From: Spironucleus salmonicida
Taxonomy: Eukaryota
Direction: 5' to 3'
Length of the DNA stretch: 64,000 bases
Assembly: GCF_000497125.1 (NCBI RefSeq)
Contig: NC_090602.1
Span: 558,001 to 622,000, forward strand
Shown here: positions 53,408 to 64,000 of the stretch, in pieces
How the letters are laid out: each line of letters starts with the position of its first letter
Numbering within the stretch: position 1 is the stretch's first letter
Made by a program: the position numbers and the translations under genes
The notes under the pieces: model-generated
The model's database searches: none
What the model was told of the DNA's origin: nothing
Seen by the model: only the letters and a program-made list of their open reading frames with translations

Positions 53408-54301
53408 ATGGGAAAATATGGTCAATGTTCAATTAATGTTAATATGTGTATAGTAAATTCATACTGCCCAGCAAATACTACTGACAATAGTCTAATTAAC
53501 TGTTTGCCATGTGACTCCAATAAGATTCAAATTGGTTAAGGTTGTAATTGTATAAATAATATATAATTCAATAACTGTGTAAAATGCATTGATAATAAAT
53601 GTGAAGATTGTTTATTAGGATATTTTCTTAATAATTAAGGAATTTGTATAAAATGCGAAGATAAGTGCAGTATATGTTAATCTGAGACATTTTGTATGAC
53701 ATGTGATGAAGGATTTGCTTTAGATATTGATGCAAATATTTGTTATCCTGTTTGTACATCTAATATTTAATGTCAAGATACTAATAATGGTTATTGCAAC
53801 TTTGATAACAATTATTGCAAGCCATGTTAAAATAATTGTAAAATTTGTTTATCTGAGGTATTTTGTGTTTAATGTGATTGAGATAGTTCGACTAGGGTAA
53901 ATACTATTGATGATATATGTACTAAGTCATGTTTCGATTTAAGCAGTGGCTATTACTGTAAGAATGGCGTTGCTACCATTTGTGATAATAATACATCTTC
54001 TGCATGCATGTGTTTTGGAAAGATTAACTGCAGCACATGCGGTAATAGTAATTATGGGTGTGGTAAATGTCTTCCTAATTTTTAACTTGACAATACCGGA
54101 AATTGTTCTTCATGCCAGCCAGGGTATCAAAATATTGGAAACTTATGTATTCCAATATAAGATGACGAAGCACGTACAAAAATAAGTAATCAAGTAATAG
54201 CAGTTATGATTGGGTGCAGTATATTAATTATTGCAGCAATTTGCGGCGGGATTTCGCACTACATAATTCAGAAGAAACGAGCGGCGGCAGAAGTTATATG
54301 A
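53408..54301 (+). CDS. cysteine-rich membrane protein (297 aa), paralog of 36407..37300
   Basis: MGKYGQCSINVNMC.. with the same Cys spacing. Last about 30 codons identical to the paralog. Confidence 0.9.
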
Positions 54302-55382
54302 AGTCCTAGCAGCTTGTTAGTGCAAAATAATTGCGGGTGGCGATAGTTTTTAAATTTAAAGGTAAGCAGCATGAAGTTTGGATAAGTTCAGGTATTTGGC
54401 TGAGATAGTAATATCCGTATAGCCCTTTTATTTTTACGGTATCCTGAGATAGGTGGATCAGGAGAACTAAGGTAACAGCATGACGCTCGTTTGCAAGGAC
54501 TTGCGTCGTGTTAATAAGTACTTCATTGCATAAAGAATAGCAGCGCAATTTCCTTTTGTCAAAGACCAGAGTGCGTGTGGTAACATGAAGCATCAGATTT
54601 CAAAAAAAAAATACCAAGAGAAAAGTATAAATTTAAAATTTTACGTTCAATATAGTATGAGCAATTTGTATTTTGCAGGCTATATATTTTTCTCTAAGAA
54701 GCAAATATCGCCAATAACTATCGCTGGATGATAGTGGTAGCTTACAGCGATATTTATGATAATAATGCAATAGCCTATACGGAGCTGCTGAACCATGGGG
54801 TTGCTTCCCAACAGATTCATGGATTAACCTAGCCTTCGATGATCAACCAGTCAGGTGCTCGTATGAGAGATTTAGATCCTGCAACTGGCGGTGCGAGTGA
54901 CTACTTGAATTCAGTTCCTCTTGGTATTCTGGGGTGCGCGTAATTTGATAACTTTCATTCTGCAGCAAAGTAATTTATAGTGTATTAGACAATATATATT
55001 CATATTGGTAGCGGTGCAAATACTTTTACAATGTAGGCAGTCCTCTAGAAAGCATATGGTAACTCGGTGGCGCGATGAAAACCTGATGGTGGGTTATACA
55101 GGCTGCTGGTGCCACTGGAGAACGATACGCAACCATATGTAACTTCGGTATGCCGGTTGAATAATGTAGAGTAGGACCCAGGTAAAGCTAGGTGCCTGAT
55201 TCGGCGGAACTTTCCAGTGCGCCGGGGCCTATTGGCCTACTCTAATGCGGCAATGCCCATTATCAGAAGGCTTCCTGCCACTCAGCGGCAAGAAACTCCC
55301 AGCAGCTGCAACAGGTGCGAGAAACTACTCACGTAGTGGATGCAAAGCAAACATAAACCTGGCTACGGCCCAACGTATTCTC

Positions 55383-55937
55383 TCACTACCACTTCCCGTC
55401 GTCGGCGTACGTCGCCCCCAGGAGCCCCTTGACTCCCGCGCCAGTCCGGTCCCGGGCGCAGTTCTGCTTTCCGACGCCGAGGTCCGCGAACTTCCACTCG
55501 GGGATCGCCTCCCGCTCTACCCTGTTGTGGACGCCGAACCGCATCTTGGCCCCATGGTCCACCTGCCGCCCCTTGAACGTAAACTGCCCCAGCGTGTCCT
55601 GGGGGATGGGGCCGTTGCGCCCCTGGTAGAAGCGGTTGTACAGCTCCTTGGGGCGCGTTTTCTGGTCCGAGAGCAGGCGCTTCCCGGTGCAGCAGGGGTC
55701 GAACCGCGCGCAGGAGGGGTCCTTCTGCGTGATGAGGGGGACACTTTTGCGGGAGATGGTCTGGCTGCAGGTGTGCTGCGGGAGCTGGACCTGCGGCTTG
55801 ACGATTACCCTGGGGGTGGGCAGGCGCTGCGGGACCGGAACAGACTTGAGCTCTCGCACACGCTGCGGCTTGTTAACGTACAGCGGCGTCTGCATGTGGC
55901 TGGATAGCGCGGTCCTGTCAGTGAGGTGCAGGGTCAT
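55383..55937 (-). CDS. basic Pro-rich hypothetical protein, copy 2
   Basis: Mirror of 34772..35326 with A/V and L/V differences. Confidence 0.75.
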
Positions 55938-56193
55938 TTTAGGCGGAGTGAATACCTTGCTATTTGCTATACTATAATCGTAAAGGCTAAAAGTCATTTT
56001 AAGTATTATATATGCTAAGTAAATACGGAGTCGGTGCGCAGCTTATGGAGGTCCCCCTTTGGAAAACCAAGAAGTCGGACGACTCGTTCGAGTTGCTGCA
56101 GGAATTGAACAAAGCCAGCCTCACCTCCTCAAATATTTTGCCCTCCTGCACTATTTTTTCGCCCAGGGCCGAGTCGGTCTCGCAGCAGCCCAT
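55918..56193 (-). CDS. small MGCC protein (91 aa), copy 2
   Basis: Mirror of 34507..34791 lacking three codons. Confidence 0.45.
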
Positions 56194-58709
56194 TTTAAGA
56201 AGGTGGGCGTTCTACGTAATAATGTCAATCCGGAGAAACTAGATTTTGTAATCCCCAAGAATATTTTACCACTGGCCTCCTACTATACTATATGATAATA
56301 TTTAACATCCCTGAAATGGATACCACTGTGCGGCAGAGGGATCGCTTCTTTGCGTTTACGGTGCAGTGCTATCGCATGCAGCATCGTATGGTACCTGCTG
56401 TAGTGAGCTCTGCTAACATATAAATTCATATAAGCACCGTCTGGCAGTGTCGCCAGCCACCCGCCGAGTCGTACCAGCTGCGCAATCTGCACCATTTCCT
56501 GCGCCGGCGGTTTCGGAATCTAGCTGGTACCTGTCAAACCCTACGAACTCTCTGCAGGTGGCTCAACCATACTTCTAGCTGAATATGTATTCCACTGCGA
56601 AAGTGGAGGCGCAGTCAGCCGACCTCCGTCGTTGCTGGGTTACATGCAGATAGGTCAGCAGACTTCTTCGAGTGCATGCTTTAAATTTTGAGTGCCAGCA
56701 CATCCTCAGTTCCAGTATTGGTAACACGAAATTCAGACGAAACCTGCAAAACACATACCTTTCAGCAGATGCCAGACGGGTCAGGTTAACGGTGCCAGTA
56801 TCTGATACTGCACCCTGCGCAATCTTATTGCACCTAGCATGCTACTGGACAGATTTTAGCAGCTCTGGCGAAAACAAGGCCTCCCCAGCAGTACGAGCAC
56901 CGGTTTGGCCCAGAGTCGCAGGGAGTATAGCTCCTATCGGAAACTTATTTAGCCAGAACTATCTTAACAGGCCCCATCCAAGCGGGTCAGATTTTCATCT
57001 GTCGCACAGCTGGCAGGCTTTGGGGGTGACATCAGCAGGACAGCCTCATGCAAACTTGGATGAAATTGAGGAGGCTCGCCACGGTTTGCACTCCCTAGCG
57101 CTATTTGAGTTGGGTGGGTAGAAGGTGCATGCGGATTATTTATTCGGACTGCTCCAGCATTTTTCTGCTGCCATCATTTTAGAAACAGTATAGTTTCAGT
57201 ATTTGTGCAATTTGGTATTTTGATCTGGCTATGCTCTTACAGGAGATGCGCAACTTCGACTGAATGAATTATCTCGAAAGGTAATATCGACCGATCCGAG
57301 GCTGAGAAAACGCGAGTGTTCTTTAGGTATCAGAATATGGCTGGTTTAGCTGCTAGAAGCTGAATTGGTAATGGATAGTAATATATAGTATTTTCTTACT
57401 TGAGAAAATCATATAATATAGAATACCATAATAAAGTACCAATATTATAACTTTGTCTGGAGTTCTGTATGTAGGAACAAAGGATCGGGATGTGAGTATT
57501 TCTGAAAATCATAGGATGGTGATTCCAATTCTAGAGGATCCCCTGCTGCTAGCTTTCTCAAAAGTTTGTTTATATGATACTGTCTATCTCTAATTGATAG
57601 CGTTTGTTAAAAAAATATATTAGTATAAGTCACCTACACGCAATACCAGAAACTGGCTGATAGTATGCACACTTATTCTTAGTTCATATACTCTTCTATC
57701 CAGGAATAAAATCCTTCATATACGTTAACTGCGGCTTATATAGCGTAGAAGTTATGATTAGCCAGCACACAACGTAACGGTCTCTGGTATTGCAAGGAAA
57801 TAACTTGTTATTTTGGGATTCTGATTTTCATAGGTAAGTCAAACACCTAAACATACTAACCATTTGATATCAGAGTTATTAATAATTCGAAAGAAATCTA
57901 ACAAGATTTTGAAATTTATAGTGAAAATTACCCATACTAGAAAAATAGTAATTCTAGTGAAAGATATCAAACACTGTATGAAATCGTGTGTTTACTAATT
58001 TATGCAAACATGCTATCAATAAATGTTTTAGAACAGAGATCAACTTGATCATAAAAGCATAGATACCTCATCAAACTATTGCTGGTAGCGCATTGTATGA
58101 TATTAAGGTCATGTTGATTGGATTAATATGACTTTCGTTTTAGACTAAGATTCATCAGATTATTAATGAATATATTTCATAGATTGAAGCAGGTAATACC
58201 ACAAATCACAATACCATCACCAGTAATATTGCGATTTTTTGTGTAAAGTAGCTCATGCCGATCTCCTGAAAAATAGAAATTGCAATAATGTCTAGGTTAC
58301 GAAAATAATTTACTTACAATTACGTATGAACGTCACTTTAAACTATCTATCCACATGATTATAAACTGCTAACCAAGTGTTTACGAGCTTTTTATAACTT
58401 AGTGTTATATGTTTGCCTACAAACTCGCCATATAAACAGATTAACGCAAGGATCTATTTGCGCTTCTGTGCATTTGTTTATATTCCAATATGATGCCTTA
58501 TTATCTGAGGTTCCCAAGCTGGAAAACATATTTTATTTTATTATTAATATTCACACTAAAAGGCAATAGCTAAATTATAAATATTAGTATATATCCTTAA
58601 GCTTACTGCTTTAATGCTAGTCTGCTGTTTGCTGATAGTTAGATGCATATTATGGCTATAAATTAAGTATGGATCCAGTATATGAATAGAATTATAATAT
58701 ATCCTCCAA

Positions 58710-59603
58710 TCATTTCCTGCCATGCCTTGTGCCAGCGCTACCGATACATCTTTTTTTCTTCATCATAAACCAAACTCCAGCACCAACTGCACCGGCTACC
58801 ACTAATACGGCTATCACTATACCAGCAATTGCTCCTCCACTAAGCTTATTGTCGTCAATGGTACCATCCGCTTCCACAGGCCAACACATAGTTCCTATCA
58901 TTTCGAACCCATCTTCGCATGAGGTACAGCTTCCATTTTCGTTAAGTTTACTGTTAGGTAAGCATGTTTCACATTTGTTTTCTGACTGATTACAGGATGC
59001 GCAGTTTTATTTATCACCACAAGTGCATTGTGAAGTAAGGCCTGCTGTACAGGGAGCTGCTGCTCCATCGTTACAGTAATTACCATCAGCAATATTATTG
59101 CATTATGGGGTGCACTTACCATTAATTGTACTAATAAAATTATTTTCACAAACAGTACAAAAAGTTAGAGACGAACATTCTTTACAACTACCATGGCAAG
59201 GTTCACATCTGTTGGTTATCTTGTTACAGAATTTTTAACCAATGCCCTCACACTATTTGTTAGAAGTGCAAACCAGTACGCATTTCAATGGGTTTTACTC
59301 TAAGACATGATCTTTAGCACATTTTTGACACTTAGATAACGCAGTACAATCATCACAGTCAGGAATACAATATTCGCATTAATTTCTTGCGAGATATGTT
59401 CCTTTAATGCATTTAATGCATTGGCTATTAGCACATTATTAGCAATTAATAGAAATGGTGTTATTTTTACAGTAACATCCTTAGCCATCTTAAATATTCT
59501 AACTGCATGGTAAACATGCTTCTAATGTATCTGACATAGTTGCGCAATAGTTTCCAGCCTTGCAAGTAGCAACTGAAGTTGAACACGTGCCTGTATCTTC
59601 CAT
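58710..59603 (-). CDS. cysteine-rich membrane protein (297 aa), IR3 copy 2
   Basis: Mirror of 31097..31990 with about 12 amino-acid changes. Confidence 0.9.
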
Positions 59604-59962
59604 TTTTTAAAATATATTATTGGTATTATAGAGTTATCTAAAGGATCTTGGTTTCTGAAAAAAGTAGTATATCGATATTAGTACTAAATTCTGCGGGTTA
59701 ACAAATATACTCAACACAACCTTACTTATTCATATTTGTACTAATTATTCATATAATAAAACAATTTACTTATATTAACTATAATCCCAATTATATACTA
59801 TAACACATTTTCAAGTAACCCTCTTTATTACCTCAGCTATACCTATTAAACCAGCAAACTTAAAAATACGAATTTATCTATCCGTACGCTATATTTCTAC
59901 ATCTACATCACCCAGCTTTTTCCAAACCTCGCAATCCCAACACTACTGAAGTAAAACCGAAT

Positions 59963-60520
59963 TCACGCACTCTAGCTCTTCTCCGCCGAGCCCTCGCCCA
60001 CCAGCGGGGTCTTCTCCGTCTCTGCCTTCTGCTTTTATCCCTACTTGTGCTTTATGACTCTGTACGCCACAACGCCCACAATCGCCCCCGCGATGACGCA
60101 GACAGAGACGCAGAGGCCAATAATCGAACCCTCAGGCATGGCCTCCGTGGCCACCTCGCACGCTCCCGAATCGCCCAATTTTGTGCCCGCCGGGCAGGAC
60201 TTGCAGAACGCCTTGGCGTCCATTCCGGACTCGCAGCGGCACACGAAAGCCTCGTTCACGAGCTTGCAGATGCCGTTTGGGTAGCACGATTCATTGCCGC
60301 AGTTCGCGGGGTAGCACTTTTGGTCCTGCAAAATGGAATGCGGGAAGCGAGCGCAGATTGCGCAGGCCTTCGTGAAGTCGTATCCCGGGTTGCACTTGCA
60401 AACTGCGTAAATCGGGTTTTCAGTAGACTGGACGCACTGGCCGTTATCGTGGCAGTTTTGATCGCACGTGTCAATGAGGCAGGTGTCGTTGATTAAAATT
60501 TCTTGTTGGCCGCAGTCCAT
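59963..60520 (-). CDS. EGF-like cysteine-rich membrane protein (185 aa)
   Basis: CHDNGQC..CKCNPGYD and CYPNGIC..CRCESG. TM IIGLCVSVCVIAGAIVGVVAY. Reads through the TAG at 60041. Confidence 0.85.
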
Positions 60521-61237
60521 TGATTTATTGGGGAAAGGAAATATTATGTATATAAATATATAATATATACTTAAAATATTGGAATCTTGAAAATTTTTGT
60601 ATGATGGGCGTTGACGTAATTTAGCATTGAATTTTGGGAAAAACTTTATTGATACACATAGTTAATAGTCAAAATACTGTTTAAGATTTATGGTATGGAA
60701 TGTTTTAAATTATTAAATGTGTACAGTATTTGTGGTAAATTTTGCAAAATTCTTATCAATCTTCGTAGATTCTGTAGTTTAGTGGTAGAGTTTGCTCGTA
60801 ATCTGCTATAGTTCTGAAAAAGTGTTAATTAGGAAAATTCATACTGACAAATTTCAACTTTCTTATATCTGAATATTATATATTTATAGCTGGAATTGTG
60901 TCACTTGAGTTTACCTAAATTTTAAATAAAAGTAATATTCTAGTTTAAAAGGAATATAATAATTTCACTGTTTTGATTATATATCTATAGGCTCCACAAA
61001 AATTACTTAGTAACTTAGAAAGTTAACATATTATCATTAACACAGTTTTTAGTTTTTATAATAAATTATTATGTTATTATTAAAATAATACAATATTAAA
61101 TAAACATCAATAGTTTTTATCATGGAATTATTCAATAGTAAATTTTTTAGTAAAATATTAAAATAAATTAAAAAATATTTTGATAAAATAAATTGTATTG
61201 TACAATTATTTATATTCTGCTATATTTATTTTATAAA

Positions 61238-62200
61238 ATGCTATATATTCTATAACAGTCCATAGGCGACGCCCGGCCAATCATGAATAACCGTAGTGGA
61301 GAACCACTATTATTGTACTTTGAATAAATATTTACTATTATTTATGATGATATTTCGGACTATAATGTTTATCAAATTACTTATAATACCCCAATGTTAG
61401 GTGGAAATATTAATGAGTTCATATCCCATCCAAATAAGGATAAACCAATTAAATTTGAACTTTTAGCTAATATGATACGATTATCATTTACTAAAAATGC
61501 TATAGTAAATTAAATACAGTACTTTGGTTCTTCTCTTAAATCTCAACTGTCAAATATTTAAGCACCTGTTTTCAATGTTTTATTATACTACCGTTTTTAA
61601 GATGAAAGTTTATCAAATTGGGAAAAAGAAAGCGTAAGGCTGACCAACGAACATCGTGTTAATAATAGTCTACCACCATATTAATTTTCTAAAAAATTAA
61701 GCTGGATAATGCGGCTTAAATCGATAGATATGTCTGTAAATAATTATTTTGATCATAATTCGCCATACTATGGAGGTTTATTGACACTTACATTAATATT
61801 TGGTGTTCCAAATGTAGCTAAAGGCGAAATTATATTTAGGGGTAGTGGTTATTAAACTCCTTTGTCAGCATTCATGGGATGGAAGAATTCACCTGTTCAT
61901 AATAATATCATGCTAAGTCAAAATAGATTTACTGCAGTTGGCGCGGGATGTTACGTGTAAACAGATATTGGAACTACCTGGACCTAAGGAATGTAAGGAT
62001 TCTGGGAAGGATTAGAAGCCACATTTACATATGGGGAAAATTTAGTATTAAAACCTCCATATACAATTGAAGATCCAACTATAGTCAAAAGCATTTTATT
62101 AGTTACAGGTTTAGTATTTGCTACAATTTTAACATGCTTAGGATTAGGTTGTGTTATAGCATTTATTGTTATTAAGAGGAAAAATGGAATGAGTATGTGA
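61238..62200 (+). CDS. CAP/SCP-domain membrane protein (320 aa), paralog of 6212..7186
   Basis: VRLTNEHR..MRLKSIDMSVNNYFDHNSPYYG..WKNSPVHNNIML, with a C-terminal TM. Confidence 0.85.
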
Positions 62201-62422
62201 CGTGTGAATGCTATTTTACTATATCCTATTCTTATTTTCGCGTATTAATATTTTATAATTACTTAAAATAGTTTTAAGTTTATCATATCAGGAATAACTA
62301 TTTTTTAGATTTAGAATATTAATTTGCATATCAAATCATTATGAAATTAATATCTATTAAATATTTAAATATTCTAAAAATAAATAACAATATCAATATA
62401 CACTATTATTAATCTAATCTAA

Positions 62423-62872
<450 letters not shown>

Positions 62873-63830
62873 ACCTCCAAATTAGCTTAATATAGTTGCG
62901 TATATCGAAACAGGTGTTACATTATTAGCTAATACAATGTTTAATATAAACTTATCATTTATATTATATAAATTATTTTTCTGTAAATAAAATATATCTT
63001 TTTTACTGTTAAGTGCATAAATATTAATTATTGATACGAGGGGTATGGTATATAATAAATAACTACTAAATGTTTATAAAATTATAATGATGAACATAAA
63101 AATGTGCATAATATTCACGATTATAATCTTCTAATTACAAACTCTAAAAAAGTAAATGATATTTACTATGGATTTTTCAGTATTCTATTAGAATTTACTG
63201 TAAATTAAGAGTAAGCCAAATTATAGCTTTTCAATTATGTAAATATAATATTAATAACCAATACTGTTAAATATTAGGAATATTTATTACATTTATAATA
63301 ACGGTCAGTGTAATTTGCATGTTATCCAGCTGATAACGTAATTAATGATAAATAATAGATAACTTTATTATATTAATAACCGATTTAACCAATACCATAT
63401 TGATGACCATATTCGATAAGATTTATCGAATATTAATAGTAATATGTCTAAAAAACAATATGACTCGATGTTTTACTATAAAATTATGCAACTGTTCCAT
63501 CAAAGTACAAATTTATGATTTTTCTGTTCCGCTTTAAGTATTTATTATAATCTCTTACATCATCGTATATCTAATACCCTAAAATACCTATAGCCACTAT
63601 TTTATCAAAAATTGTCATATATCGAATTTCAACAAATACTGACTTTACTATCAAATTATCCTGCTATATCTGTTCATAGAATATCCAGTCTATATCTAGT
63701 TACACTAAACCCTCAATAACTCTTATCTATCAACAGCAATTCTTTCATTCATGTAAAAATACAATTTAAACTATATACTATATAACAATGCGATTTCCTT
63801 CCATTTAGTTCCTTTTCAAATAATTCCACT

Positions 63831-64000
63831 TCACTCAACATCACCCTCGGCACTCTCCTCGTCTTCATATTCGTAAACTTCTTCGCCCTCATCTCCCTTC
63901 GCTTTCTACTCTGCGTCTTCTTTCGCCTTTCTAGCTGCTCTTTTCGCCTCTTATTTTTCCTTTTCCTTCTGCTTATTTACCTCCATTTGAGCGAACAGAT
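63831..64000 (-). CDS. 3' end of a gene with a charged/acidic C-terminus (starts outside window)
   Basis: LFAQMEVNKQKEKEKQEAKRAARKAKED..EYEDEESAEGDVE, then GAGTGA. Confidence 0.6.

Larger units (their letters stand above)
54210..60130. repeat. Inverted repeat IR3, right arm
   Basis: Reverse complement of 30571..36498. Confidence 0.95.

Overview
Eukaryotic, apparently intron-free, AT-rich protist DNA using the non-standard code TAA/TAG=Gln with TGA as the only stop, so the supplied ORF track fragments most genes. The code, the CXXC-rich membrane proteins and the AGTGA motif overlapping stop codons point to a hexamitid diplomonad such as Spironucleus (inference). Re-read in this code, the window holds RPC2 (partial), two Kae1/OSGEP copies, an FKBP, two bacterial-type CAP membrane proteins, a Sel1-like protein, a MAP65/Ase1/PRC1-like protein, a penta-EF-hand protein, a Myb-like protein, a pseudokinase, an ABCC transporter, an H2B-like protein, CFAP91, a cathepsin with a long C-terminal extension, a nucleoside transporter and several cysteine-rich membrane proteins (CRMPs). 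The dominant structure is three large spaced inverted repeats with arms of about 1.9, 3.0 and 5.9 kb. The second is centred on a (TTA)n array and marked by a CGCAGGTGG motif. Both ends of the third fall at the start of transmembrane segments of Cys-rich surface genes, pairing different ectodomains with identical anchors, and its internal CRMP pair differs only by amino-acid-changing substitutions as far as I can see. Coordinates were counted by hand and family calls are motif recognition, not database hits.
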